Shown: positions 19,106-28,944 of the stretch, piece after piece
How positions within the stretch are numbered: the stretch's first letter is position 1
Layout of the letters: each line of letters begins with the position of its first letter
Assembly (NCBI GenBank): GCA_039588295.1
Contig: JBDHAB010000001.1
Location: forward strand, 320,001-384,000
DNA length: 64,000 nt
From: Gemmatimonadota bacterium
GTDB taxonomy: Bacteria; Gemmatimonadota; Gemmatimonadetes; Gemmatimonadales; GWC2-71-9
Direction of reading: 5' to 3'
Translations under genes and position numbers: made by a program
The notes under the pieces: generated by a model
Databases searched by the model: none
Seen by the model: only the letters and a program-made list of their open reading frames with translations
What the model was told of the DNA's origin: nothing

Positions 19106-19693
19106 TCACTCGTGCTCGTGCGCTGGGGTTCCTGGAGGGTCGACGTGGCTCGTACTCTCAGCGGGAGCGGTCGCCTCGTCGGCGCCGGTGGCATCTCCCT
19201 CTCCCGGAGCAGGGGTGTGACTCGCTGAGCGTTCGGCCAGGGCGCCTTCCAGCACCTGCGTGGGTATCCCGCCCCCATAGCCGTAGACAATGACTCCTCC
19301 CACGTGCGCGGTCCAGAGTAGCCCGAGGGCGCCAACGGTGGCGATCGCGAGAAACGCGGGACGCTCCCGCCGACCCATGCGCTCGCGCCGTCCCACGCGC
19401 CACGCCGCTAGGAGCACGAACAATACTGTGAACGAGATCGCCAAGGTTTCGTGACGCGTCATTACGAGGTGGACGCTGTCGCCGTGCTCGATCGTCTCTT
19501 CGGCGAGAAGTCCGGAGCCAACAGCGAGGATTGCACCGACCGCCCCAGTCGCGATAGTCAAGAACCCAGCTGCCTTCAGTGAGTCCCGCTTCGTGACCTC
19601 ACCGGCCAGCTCGAATCCCAGTCCCAGCAAGAAGAGTATGGATGGGAAATCGTTCAGGGTAGCGTGCCACTGAGCGGCGGTGTCTGGAAGCAT
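19106..19693 (-). CDS. DUF2231-like four-TM membrane protein
   Basis: WHxxxNDFP, SGLLA, conserved-looking His in TRHE and TAHVGG. Confidence 0.7.
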   Translation of the reverse strand: MLPDTAAQWHATLNDFPSILFLLGLGFELAGEVTKRDSLKAAGFLTIATGAVGAILAVGSGLLAEETIEHGDSVHLVMTRHETLAISFTVLFVLLAAWRVGRRERMGRRERPAFLAIATVGALGLLWTAHVGGVIVYGYGGGIPTQVLEGALAERSASHTPAPGEGDATGADEATAPAESTSHVDPPGTPAHEHE

Positions 19694-19746
19694 GGCTGAT
19701 TGTCAGATCCGTTTCGGATTTGGGTGTTGAAGAAGCGGCCGTCGAG

Positions 19747-20577
19747 TCAGATACCCAGACTCTTCTTTATTTCATCGGCGATGCGTCCGAACGCGCTCGA
19801 CCGTGGTCCGCGAGGGCCTTCGGGCGCCCGGACTTCGCCGTGCTCCAGCCGGTCGATTACCTGTTCGAGCGCCACCTGCACGCGCTCGACCTGCCCCATC
19901 CGGCGGCGAGCGACCATCGTACCCAGGACCGCTCCCAAGCCCACCGGAATGAGAGCGACGGGGAGCGCAACACTGAGCACGAGCCCAATCGCCGATGCGA
20001 CGGCACCTACTCCGGCAAGCGTCGTCGCCGCGGCCAGGTGGGACTGCCGCGTATTGGACAGGTCGGCGAGCAAGCGAACGTGGGCCCGTCCCTCCTCGAG
20101 GCGGGTCACCTGTCCCACTACCTCCTTGGCGCGCGCCAGCCGATAAGGCCGACCCCCGACCTTGAACTCCCGTCTGATCGAGGAGAAGACATCCTGTCGG
20201 GCCTCCCACGATGTTCGATCGGGAAACCGGCGTTTCACGGTCAGCAACTCCCCATCGGTCATCCAGTGGTTCAATGCCGACTGCAAGCCGTCTGCCATCC
20301 CGGCGATGGTCCGTTGTGCCGCCACGCGTTTGGGTCCCGTCAGTTGGCGGACCAGCCCCCGCTCGATGGGGACAACCGCTCGGGTTCGCTCCTCCTGCAA
20401 GGCCTGCTGGAGATAGGTGGTGGGAATCCCGACTTCATGCCCCAGTTCCATGAGTTGGTGTTCCGTGAGACCGTCACCGATGTCCCGTTCGCCGGTTTGA
20501 AGTTCTGCCGCGCGTCGAACAATCCGCTCGAGTGCCGACCGGTCAATACGCGATCTGTCGGGAACGAGCTGATTCAT
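19747..20577 (-). CDS. Hypothetical membrane-associated protein
   Basis: N-terminal IVRRAAELQ...LGHEVGI...ALQEE helical motif and two C-terminal TM helices; ATG 20577. Confidence 0.7.
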   Translation of the reverse strand: MNQLVPDRSRIDRSALERIVRRAAELQTGERDIGDGLTEHQLMELGHEVGIPTTYLQQALQEERTRAVVPIERGLVRQLTGPKRVAAQRTIAGMADGLQSALNHWMTDGELLTVKRRFPDRTSWEARQDVFSSIRREFKVGGRPYRLARAKEVVGQVTRLEEGRAHVRLLADLSNTRQSHLAAATTLAGVGAVASAIGLVLSVALPVALIPVGLGAVLGTMVARRRMGQVERVQVALEQVIDRLEHGEVRAPEGPRGPRSSAFGRIADEIKKSLGI

Positions 20578-20614
20578 CTGCCCCTCCCCCGTCCTTCCGG
20601 GCCACAGGGCCCGG

Positions 20615-20864
20615 CTAAAAGGCCTCGACGACCACGGCGGCACCTTGGCCGCCACCGATACACGCTGAGCCTATACCATACCGCTGCTTCGCCCGCCGCA
20701 GGGCGTGCAATAGATGAATAGTGATGCGTGCGCCGCTCGCTGCCAACGGGCGCCCAATGGCGATCGCCCCCGCGGACATTTGTGCGCTCCCGGTCGAGGC
20801 CGAGCTCCCGTTGGACCGGAACATGTTGTGTGGCGAAAGCCTCGTTGACCTCCACTTGGTCCAT
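20615..20864 (-). pseudogene. Thiolase (acetyl-CoA C-acyltransferase) C-terminal relic with frameshift
   Basis: EVNEAFA...RTNV in one frame continues as [15 protein letters not shown]...SACIGGGQG in another. Frameshift near 20767-20771; roughly 300 N-terminal residues absent. Confidence 0.85.
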
Positions 20865-20879
20865 GTCCTCCGATGCAGG

Positions 20880-21971
20880 CTATGACCGGGCGATGCAATC
20901 AGCGATCCATGCACTGACTTCGACCGTCGACGCGGTCCCGCCAAGGTCGGGTGTCGTCCTGCGCACTGCGATGGCGGATTCGACCGCGTTGACGAGCCGG
21001 TCTGCCGCTGCCGGACACCCAAGCTGCTCGAGCATGAGTCCGCCGGTCAGGATCGCCGCCATGGGGTTGGCGATTCCCTTGCCCGCCATCGGCGGAGCGG
21101 AACCGTGGACCGGCTCGAACAGTCCGGTCTGCCCTGGGTGGAGATTGGCGCTGGCGGCGAGTCCCAGTCCGCCCACAAGCTCGGCGCCGAGGTCGGAGAG
21201 AATGTCGCCAAACAAGTTGTTCGTCACGATCACCTGAAACCGCTCGGGGGCTCGCACCAGCTCCATTGCGAGGGCATCTACATATCGGTGCTCGCGCTCG
21301 ATCTCGGCATACTCCTCTCCGATCTCGGCAAAGAGGCGCTGCCAGAGGCGGTGAGCGGGTACGGCGTTTGCCTTGTCGCACAAGGTCACCCGGTGTCTGC
21401 CGTGCGCCCGCGCCCATTCGAAGGCCGCGCGGACGATGCGGCTCACCCGGGGGGCGGTGTTGATCTCTTCCGCGATCTGTACTTCAGCCGGTGAGCCGAC
21501 GTTCGACGCACTGCCGCGCGCCAGATAGATACCTTCGGTGTTCTCACGAAAGATGACAAAGTCGATGTGCGGTTCGGCATCCGGGTCCGCACAACCCGGC
21601 CGTTGAGACGGTGGCTTCAACGGGCAGAGCTGTGGATGGAGCAGCCGGCAGGGCCGGAAGTTCACGTAGAGATCGAGCCCGACTCGCATCCCCAGCAGGA
21701 TGTCTCGCGCATGCTCGTTTTCAGGAATGCGTGGGTCTCCGAGTGCACCGAGCAAGATTGCGTCGAATTCGTCGCGCAGCCGGTCCAGCGTCCCGCTGGG
21801 CAGCGTTTCGCCAGTTGCGAGGTAGTGGTCCGCACCGTAGGGCAAGCGGTCCCAGGTGAAAGTGATGTCGTGCGCTGCTCCGGCCGTCTCGATGACGGGC
21901 AGCGCGGCCTCAACTACCTCCGCCCCGATGCCGTCACCTCCAATGACCGCTACCCTGAAGTGATCGGCCAC
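20880..21971 (-). CDS. leuB: 3-isopropylmalate/tartrate dehydrogenase family
   Basis: [47 protein letters not shown] start 21971; exact substrate not certain. Confidence 0.75.
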   Translation of the reverse strand: MADHFRVAVIGGDGIGAEVVEAALPVIETAGAAHDITFTWDRLPYGADHYLATGETLPSGTLDRLRDEFDAILLGALGDPRIPENEHARDILLGMRVGLDLYVNFRPCRLLHPQLCPLKPPSQRPGCADPDAEPHIDFVIFRENTEGIYLARGSASNVGSPAEVQIAEEINTAPRVSRIVRAAFEWARAHGRHRVTLCDKANAVPAHRLWQRLFAEIGEEYAEIEREHRYVDALAMELVRAPERFQVIVTNNLFGDILSDLGAELVGGLGLAASANLHPGQTGLFEPVHGSAPPMAGKGIANPMAAILTGGLMLEQLGCPAAADRLVNAVESAIAVRRTTPDLGGTASTVEVSAWIADCIARS

Positions 21972-21975
21972 CGCT

Positions 21976-22647
21976 CTATCCGCGGGTGGGGTGACCGCAA
22001 GCGAGGCAATAGCTCCATTCCGTTTCGAGGGACTCACCGCACTGGCGACACTGCGTCGTGCCGAGGCGGTGCCCACACCACGGACAGAACTCCGCCTGGC
22101 GCCGCGCGGGAAGCTCGCTGGCGCATTGGGAACAGCGAGCCACGGGCTCGACGGGCTCGAAGACGAGCGTGTTCGCCGCGGGTTCTTCGGGAGGGTTCGG
22201 GGGTGGTGGCGAGGTCCGGCTCTCGCCTGCACTCATGGGAACCTGGACAACCGATTCGGCGACGGCGGGTGGAGCATAGGCCTCGTCCTGATTGAGAATG
22301 CCGCGCACCGCGTCACGGTTCAGCATGACTGTCGCAGCCGCGTACTCGCGGAAGGCTCCCGGTGTGGGGTTCGGCAATTGGATTTCTTCAGCCAAGACGG
22401 TCTGCACGTCGACGGGCTCGAGCGATGCGTAGTCGTGTTCGCCTGCAAGGAGGCGTAACACGGCCATCTCGTAGTCCTCGATCGAGTCGAAGGCGAGCTG
22501 TCGCTTGTGAGTCCGGTAGGGGATGATCCGCTGATAGAGCTCCGAGACCTGAAACGGCTTGGTCAGATGGTCTGGTGCAGCAGTCGCCAGGTGACTCACG
22601 AGATGACGAAACAAGCGGTCAACAGCGTCCATTGGTGCCAATCTCAC
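21976..22647 (-). CDS. Double zinc-ribbon domain protein
   Basis: C-terminal CSQC, FCPWCG, CRQCG and YCLACG after a Pro-rich linker. Start GTG 22647 or ATG 22632. Confidence 0.8.
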   Translation of the reverse strand: MRLAPMDAVDRLFRHLVSHLATAAPDHLTKPFQVSELYQRIIPYRTHKRQLAFDSIEDYEMAVLRLLAGEHDYASLEPVDVQTVLAEEIQLPNPTPGAFREYAAATVMLNRDAVRGILNQDEAYAPPAVAESVVQVPMSAGESRTSPPPPNPPEEPAANTLVFEPVEPVARCSQCASELPARRQAEFCPWCGHRLGTTQCRQCGESLETEWSYCLACGHPTRG

Positions 22648-23144
22648 TTCCAGGCGTCAGCCCATCGGTCGTACAGGACGGGGGTGACTCCGGCTGACGA
22701 GAGCAGTTCGACCCCGCTGGGATCACGGTACAGTCGCCGATAGAACATGTGAGTGACACCGGAGTTGATCATGAGTTTAGCGCACATCACGCACGGGCTG
22801 TCGGTGAGGAAGACCACCTTGTCGCGCACGCTCCCCGGCGCTTTCACGAGTGCATTGACCTCTGAGTGAATGCAGCCACAGCTTCCCGGAACCGTTGAAT
22901 CACACTTGTTGGGAAGCCCTCTGGCGTTTCCGTTGTACCCGATCGCCAAGACGTTTTCCAGGCTCGCGTCCGTGACGACGGTGCCAACCTGGAGTCGTAT
23001 GCACGTCGAGCGTTTCGCGAGTTCCTCGGCCATCCGCATGTACACTTCGTAGAGCGGAATTCTCTCGAGCTGGGGCTCCGCGCCATTCGGGAGCAGGTTG
23101 AGCGGGTGAGTGTTCGCCTGAATGCCGTCCTTGTAGGCGGTCAT
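22644..23144 (-). CDS. dCMP deaminase family
   Basis: RSTC-x3-VG, GYNG, HSEVNA, PCVMCAK. ATGA overlap with rnhA. Confidence 0.85.
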   Translation of the reverse strand: MTAYKDGIQANTHPLNLLPNGAEPQLERIPLYEVYMRMAEELAKRSTCIRLQVGTVVTDASLENVLAIGYNGNARGLPNKCDSTVPGSCGCIHSEVNALVKAPGSVRDKVVFLTDSPCVMCAKLMINSGVTHMFYRRLYRDPSGVELLSSAGVTPVLYDRWADAWK

Positions 23145-23755
23145 GCGGGTGTGCTCAGGGTTGCCTCGAGGTCGACGAAGTCGGCTTCGGGGTCGTATTG
23201 GACGAACTGCCCGCGAGCTTGCCGCTCTGCCAGCCATTCTTCGAAGCGAGACGGGATCGCTCCAGCAGAGTGGACTTGCTCGCCAGCCGCCCACATGGCG
23301 AGGTCGTTGGTGTACTCGTTCTTTGGGTGTCCCGCGTGGCCCCGGACCCACCGGAAGACCGGGTCATGTTGGGCCGTCGCTTGCACGAGCTTCTGCCACA
23401 GCTCGAGGTTTTCGATTTTCCCTCCCTTGCGACGCCACCCACGTGCCTGCCAATCGGGGATCCACTCGGTCATGCCTTTGACTAGATACTCCGAATCTGA
23501 TACGTAGGCCGCGCGAAATCGATTGCCCTTGGAAGCGAGGAGGGCGAATGTGGCGATCGCACCCGCCAGCGCCATGCGGTTGTTCGTCGTGTCCGGAGCA
23601 GAAATGTACACGTCACGCCGCACGAGTCCGTCGGGCGTCCGGACCTCGATCAGCGATGCCGCGCCTCCCGGATTCGGCCCCTCCTGGCCGTTGCGAAGAC
23701 AGCTCTCATCCGCGTGGACGAGCGTGAACCGGAACCGCGGTCTACGCGCGGGCAC
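23141..23755 (-). CDS. rnhA: Ribonuclease HI with atypical active site
   Basis: ADESCL..NPGG, TTNNRMAL, SDSEYL, WQARGW, ENLELW, WVRGHAGHPKNE. Confidence 0.85.
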   Translation of the reverse strand: MPARRPRFRFTLVHADESCLRNGQEGPNPGGAASLIEVRTPDGLVRRDVYISAPDTTNNRMALAGAIATFALLASKGNRFRAAYVSDSEYLVKGMTEWIPDWQARGWRRKGGKIENLELWQKLVQATAQHDPVFRWVRGHAGHPKNEYTNDLAMWAAGEQVHSAGAIPSRFEEWLAERQARGQFVQYDPEADFVDLEATLSTPA

Positions 23756-24824
23756 CGACGACCTCGATGGTTCCCGCCCGGCCGCTCACGACGTCGCCCA
23801 CCAGAGCAGCCGCGGGTATCCCCTCCTCTCGGAGCGCTGCGAGGAGTCGATCCACGGACTCTGATGCCACGGCGACCAGGAGCCCACCCGATGTCTGTGC
23901 ATCACAAAACGTCGTTCGGATGGAGACGTCGATGCTGGGCTGCCAATCGGTGTAGTCGGAAGCGTCGTCGAGGTTTCGGGTGGTGCCACCTGGAACAGCT
24001 CCTTGGCCGATCAACTCAGCGGTGCGCTCGAACACCGGCACCTCGGGTGCGTATAGCCGGGCGGCGACCCCACTTGCAGAGAGCATGGTGTGGAGGTGAC
24101 CGAGCAGCCCGAATCCGGTGATGTCCGTGGCGGCGTGAACCGCCGTACCCAACCGGCCATTGGCCGCCATAGCGCCGGCGTTCAGGGTCGTCATGGAACG
24201 AATGGCCGCCGCCATCTCGCCCTCGGTGATCAGCTCACGCTTGAGGCCAGTGCTGAGGATGCCCGTGCCGATGGGCTTTGTCAGCACCAATCGGTCACCG
24301 GGCCGGGCCCCCGCGTTGGTCGTCAGGCGATCAGGATGGATCTCGCCGATCGCCACCATGCCGAACTTGGGCTCTCGATCCTCGATGGAATGCCCGCCGA
24401 GCACGAACGCGCCAGCTTCCCGGATCTTGTCGACCCCGCCTCGCACCGTTGTACCGAGCAGCTCCAGCAGCTCCGGGTCGCGAGGCCACGCCACGATGTT
24501 GAGCGCGAACAGCGGTGTTGCCCCCATCGCATACAGGTCACTCAGCGCGTTTGCCGCCGCGATCGCGCCGAAGGTGTAGGCGTCGTCCACAATCGGCGTA
24601 AAGAAATCCACGGTTGCTGCAAGTGCACGGTCCTCCGTCACACGATACACCGCCGCGTCGTCGCGACTGAGCGCGGCGACGAGGACCTGTGGATCGTCCA
24701 CAGTCGGTAGGTGACGCAGGACCTGCGTCAGTTCGGCAGAGCCGAGTTTACAGGCTCAACCGGCGCCGTGAGACAGCGCGGTGAGCCGGATGCGCGGCCG
24801 CTGGTCGCGGGGGCCGTCCGACAT
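23742..24824 (-). CDS. selD: Selenophosphate synthetase, selenoprotein (Sec at codon 23)
   Basis: GGAGAGG SD and ATG 24824 give RLTALSHGAG-TGA-ACKL in frame with DDAAVY, TVDFFTPIVDD, ANALSDLYAMG, GGHS, DITGFGL, DAQTSGGLL. Confidence 0.95.
24712..24730 (-). promoter_or_regulatory. Putative bacterial SECIS hairpin in selD
   Basis: mRNA UGACGCAG-GUC-CUGCGUCA, a perfect 8-bp stem starting 25 nt after the UGA at 24758-24756. Confidence 0.7.
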
Positions 24825-25183
24825 TACCTCTCCTTCATCGAGAGTGAGGTCCAGAGAACTCGAGCCCGGACAGTACGGAGCTCGGATAGCTAAAGGTAGC
24901 ACCGCACACTCCGGTTCAGGGCGCGTGAGCGAGCAGCAGGGTTCGGAGCGCGGTCAGTGCTTGCTCCTCGTTGGCCGGCGGGTTGACGGTACCACTGGCT
25001 CGCACATCTTGCGCCCACCGACCGACGATGCGCGCAGCTGCGGCTCGCACGGACGGAGCGGAAGGGGTAAGCAGCAGCTCCAGGGCATGAGGGTGGTGGC
25101 GCAAGGAGGCCAGCCTAACATCTGGCCCATTGATCGCCCCGAACGGTCATCGGACGACCGGATCCTGGCGGCCCCGGGGCGAG

Positions 25184-26251
25184 TCAATCGTCGGCCGTCA
25201 AGAGCCCTCGCGCCACAGCGAGCTCAGCGAGGAGAATCGCGCCACCGGCGGCACCGCGGATGGTGTTGTGAGACAGGACGACGAACTTGTAGTCGAACAG
25301 CGGGCACGGCCGCAGCCGGCCGATCGATGCCGCCATCCCGCCGTCGATGTCGCGGTGCAAACGGGGTTGAGGTGCCGATTCATCGGACAGATAGCGTACC
25401 GGCTGCGTCGGCGCAGTGGGGAGTCCGAGGGATTGTGGCTCGGAGACGAACTCGTTCCAGACCGAGATGAGCTCATTCGGCGCGGCACGCGTCTCCAGGG
25501 CGACGGAGACGCATTCTGTATGACCGTCGACCACAGGCACCCGATTGCAATGCGCACTCACCACGACGTCGGCGTCGCGAACGTGATCACCCGAAAGCTC
25601 GCCGAGGATCTTGCGGGTCTCGCGCTCCATCTTCTCTTCCTCGCCCCCAATGAACGGAACGACGTTGTCCATGATCTCCATACTCGCAACCCCCGGCAGG
25701 CCGGCCCCCGAGATGGCTTGCATGGTCACCACGTTCACCCGGCGTACGCCGAAGACGCGGTGCAGCGGACCGAGTGCCAACACGAGTCCGATGGTCGAGC
25801 AATTGGGGTTGGTGACGATGGCGCCGGGGCCAAAGGACTGCGATCGAACGAGATCGAGATGATCCGGATTGACTTCGGGTATGATGAGAGGCACGCTCCG
25901 GTCCATGCGATGATTTCGGGCGTTAGACACCACGAAGTGTCCGGCGCCCGCGAAGGCTCGTTCGACCGGCCCGGCTACCGAAGCATCCAGCGCAGAGAAC
26001 ACGAGCCGGCACCGGGATTCGGGCTCCGTCGGCTCGACTGTCATGTGCGCCACGGACGCGGGAATCGCGGTCGGCTGAACCCACGTTGCCGCCTCGCGGT
26101 ACGGTCTTCCCGCCGACCGCTCGGACGCCATGAGGGCCGCAGTCTCGAACCACGGGTGCCCGTCGAGCAACGCGACCATTCGCTGGCCCACGCTTCCGGT
26201 TGCCCCGAGCACCGCCACGGGAATCCGCGCTCGGGGTTCTGATTGGGTCAT
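25184..26251 (-). CDS. asd: Aspartate-semialdehyde dehydrogenase (archaeal/fungal-like subtype)
   Basis: LGATGSVGQR, PEVNPDH, NPNCST, QAISGAG, EEEKMERE, CNRVPVVDGH, HNTIRGAAGG. Confidence 0.93.
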   Translation of the reverse strand: MTQSEPRARIPVAVLGATGSVGQRMVALLDGHPWFETAALMASERSAGRPYREAATWVQPTAIPASVAHMTVEPTEPESRCRLVFSALDASVAGPVERAFAGAGHFVVSNARNHRMDRSVPLIIPEVNPDHLDLVRSQSFGPGAIVTNPNCSTIGLVLALGPLHRVFGVRRVNVVTMQAISGAGLPGVASMEIMDNVVPFIGGEEEKMERETRKILGELSGDHVRDADVVVSAHCNRVPVVDGHTECVSVALETRAAPNELISVWNEFVSEPQSLGLPTAPTQPVRYLSDESAPQPRLHRDIDGGMAASIGRLRPCPLFDYKFVVLSHNTIRGAAGGAILLAELAVARGLLTADD

Positions 26252-26270
26252 AGGAGGTTCCTCCCCACCA

Positions 26271-28781
26271 TTATCGCGCCCCGTTCTTGGTCGACCGGGC
26301 GTGGCGGATTCGAGCGGCGGGGAACGGGGCACGTTCGTTCCGGGTCACCGCCAAGGCCTGGAGCACGTCCGAGAAGACACCAGCCGCAGTCACCGTCGGG
26401 CCCGCCCCGGGGCCGCGGATGACCAGGGGGCCGTCTCGATAACGCTCGCTGTGGATGACGAAGACGTTGTCCGTTCCGCCGAGCGTGGCGCGAACGTCTT
26501 GCGGATCCAGGTCCAGGAACCCGACGGAGGCCCGTTCGCCATCCCAGGTCGCCACGTAACCCAACACGCGGCCGATGTGGGCGGCGTGGTGTTGTCTATC
26601 CCTGTATAGGGGGTCGAGCTCGGCTGTCCGATCCCAGAACTCCTCGATCGACGTCGTCGCCAACGAGGAGTCGAGCAGCATGGGCTCAACGACGACCTGC
26701 TCGGGCTCGAGGGACGCGCCGGCCACCCGGGCGAGAATGACAAGTTTCCTCATGACGTCGGCACCCGAGAGATCCTCGCGCGGGTCGGGCTCCGTGTAGC
26801 CTCGCTCATGGGCTTCACGGAGCGCGTCACTGAAACGCGTTCCCATGCGCAGCTGATCGAGGAGGAAGGCAATCGTGCCGGAGAAGACCCCGCTCACCGT
26901 CCGGATACGATCGCCCGTCTCACGCAGGCTCCGAATCGCTCCGAGGACCGGCAACCCCGCGCCCACCGTCGTCTCATAGAGCAGGGGCGCGCCCCGTCGG
27001 CGGCTGGCCAGCTCCAGGTCCTGAAAGCGACGGAACGACCCCGCCAACGGTTTCTTGTTCGCGGTAACCACTGGTACCCCGGCCTCGAGCAGGGGCTCGT
27101 AATGCTCGGCAACCGTCTCGCTGGCCGTACAGTCTACCAGGACGCGCCGGTCCGGGTGCGCGATCACGTGCGCGACGAACGCGGCCAGGTCCGACCGCTG
27201 ACGCCGGAGCTGACCGGGCGGCCTGTCGGCCGGGGGGGGACCGGTGGTGTCATCGTCGCGCAGGGTCATTTCCCGCGTGTTGCACCGGCCTCCGATCGCC
27301 ACTCCCCCGTTCCCTGCGTCCAGGCTGCGGCCGCACTCCTCGATTTGTTCCTGAAGGGCGGCCCCGACCCGACCCGTCCCCACGAGATACACCAGCGCCT
27401 CACTCCCCTTCGATCCGAAGAACGCATCGTGCACGGCATTCAATACCGTGGCCTCGTCGCGCCGATCGATCACGAACGAGATGTTGAGTTCAGACGAACC
27501 CTGGGCGATGGCGTGCACGTTGATCCCGCGGCTCCCCAGCACATCGAACACGCGCCCGGCTACCCCCGGCTGATCGCGCATCCCCTCACCCACGGCGGCA
27601 ATGACCGAGTGGTCGGCTTCGACGACCAGGTCGTCGATCAATCCGACCTCCCGTTCGAGCGCGAACTCTTCATGAATGGCCGCGCGCGCCTTGGGCACGG
27701 CGCTGGGAATCACCGCAAAACAAATCGAGTGTTCACTCGAGCCTTGGCTGATCAGGATCACACTGATGTGTTGAGCGGCGAGCGCACCGAAGAGCCGGCC
27801 GGCGATGCCCGGGACGCCGACCATCCCGTCACCCTCGAGGCGCAGCAGCGCCACGTCATGAATCGACGAGATCCCACGCACCGGATTGGCGCCCGTCTCC
27901 AGTCGATCAACGATAGTTGTGCCCTCGAACTCGGGAGCCAGGGTGTTGCGAATCACCAGCGGTATGCCGCGAGCGCGGGCGGGATGGACCGTGAAAGGAA
28001 AGACGACCTTCGCACCGAAGTGTGACAGCTCCATCAACTCGTCGTAGCTCAACGTCTTCAACGAGAAGGCATCGGCGACGAGCCGTGGGTCGGCGCTCAT
28101 GACGCCGGGGACGTCGGTCCAGATCTCGATGGAGTCCGCCCCCAGCGCGGCACCGAGCAGCGCTGCTGTGTAATCCGACCCGCCGCGCCCCAGGGTCGTG
28201 GTCTCGCCGTCGGCCGTTGCCGCGATGAACCCGGTGACGACCTGCAACGCGTCGTGGCCCGCAAAGTGATCGCAAATGCGGCGTTCAGTTTCTTTCGATT
28301 GCACGTGCGCACCCCCGAACGTCCCGTCGGTGACGATGACCTGACGGGCATCGAGGACGCGCGCCGCGACACCGTCGCGCCGCAACGCCGCGGCGACGAC
28401 GAGCGCGGACAGCCGCTCGCCATGGCTGAGGATGACATCTCGCGTTCGGAGACTGCACTCTCGGATCAACGACACGCCGTGCAACAGATCGTTCAGCGCC
28501 ACGAGGGTGGTTTCGGCGTGTTCTCGCAACGGGCCGCGCTCCGGCTCCGTGGCCAGTTGGTCGATGGCTTCGAGATGCCGTCGGGCGACAGACTCGTCGA
28601 GCACCTGGCGGCCCCGGGCGCTCTCGTCGGCCGCGTGTGACAAAGCGTCGGTTACTCCACCGAACGCTGACACTACCACCGCCGCCGGCCCCGCCTCGCA
28701 CGCCGCGTGTACGATGTCCACCACCCGCGTGATTCGTTCCGGCGTTTCCAGCGACGATCCACCGAATTTGAGGATCTTCAT
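26271..28781 (-). CDS. thrA: Bifunctional aspartokinase/homoserine dehydrogenase
   Basis: KFGGSS, TTLGRGGSDY, WTDVPG, two ACT domains (QGSSE), TANKK, ETTVGAGLP, TEPDPREDL, GPGAG. Confidence 0.93.
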   Translation of the reverse strand: MKILKFGGSSLETPERITRVVDIVHAACEAGPAAVVVSAFGGVTDALSHAADESARGRQVLDESVARRHLEAIDQLATEPERGPLREHAETTLVALNDLLHGVSLIRECSLRTRDVILSHGERLSALVVAAALRRDGVAARVLDARQVIVTDGTFGGAHVQSKETERRICDHFAGHDALQVVTGFIAATADGETTTLGRGGSDYTAALLGAALGADSIEIWTDVPGVMSADPRLVADAFSLKTLSYDELMELSHFGAKVVFPFTVHPARARGIPLVIRNTLAPEFEGTTIVDRLETGANPVRGISSIHDVALLRLEGDGMVGVPGIAGRLFGALAAQHISVILISQGSSEHSICFAVIPSAVPKARAAIHEEFALEREVGLIDDLVVEADHSVIAAVGEGMRDQPGVAGRVFDVLGSRGINVHAIAQGSSELNISFVIDRRDEATVLNAVHDAFFGSKGSEALVYLVGTGRVGAALQEQIEECGRSLDAGNGGVAIGGRCNTREMTLRDDDTTGPPPADRPPGQLRRQRSDLAAFVAHVIAHPDRRVLVDCTASETVAEHYEPLLEAGVPVVTANKKPLAGSFRRFQDLELASRRRGAPLLYETTVGAGLPVLGAIRSLRETGDRIRTVSGVFSGTIAFLLDQLRMGTRFSDALREAHERGYTEPDPREDLSGADVMRKLVILARVAGASLEPEQVVVEPMLLDSSLATTSIEEFWDRTAELDPLYRDRQHHAAHIGRVLGYVATWDGERASVGFLDLDPQDVRATLGGTDNVFVIHSERYRDGPLVIRGPGAGPTVTAAGVFSDVLQALAVTRNERAPFPAARIRHARSTKNGAR

Positions 28782-28944
28782 CAACGTCGAGAACTGGACC
28801 GGTGGGTGCCGGGGCCCACAGGGAATGGTGGGCTGCCGGTTCTATCCACGATCCAGTCGCCCTCCAGAACGGCCTCGAATCGATCGCTGGGAGCACATGC
28901 CAGGAAGAGCAGACGGGCCGCTGTCATGAGCACTTGCAGCATGG

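Noticed and set aside
24916..25104. 62-aa minus-strand ORF between asd and selD
   Set aside because: TTG start without SD and no family signature; could be a remnant but cannot be supported.
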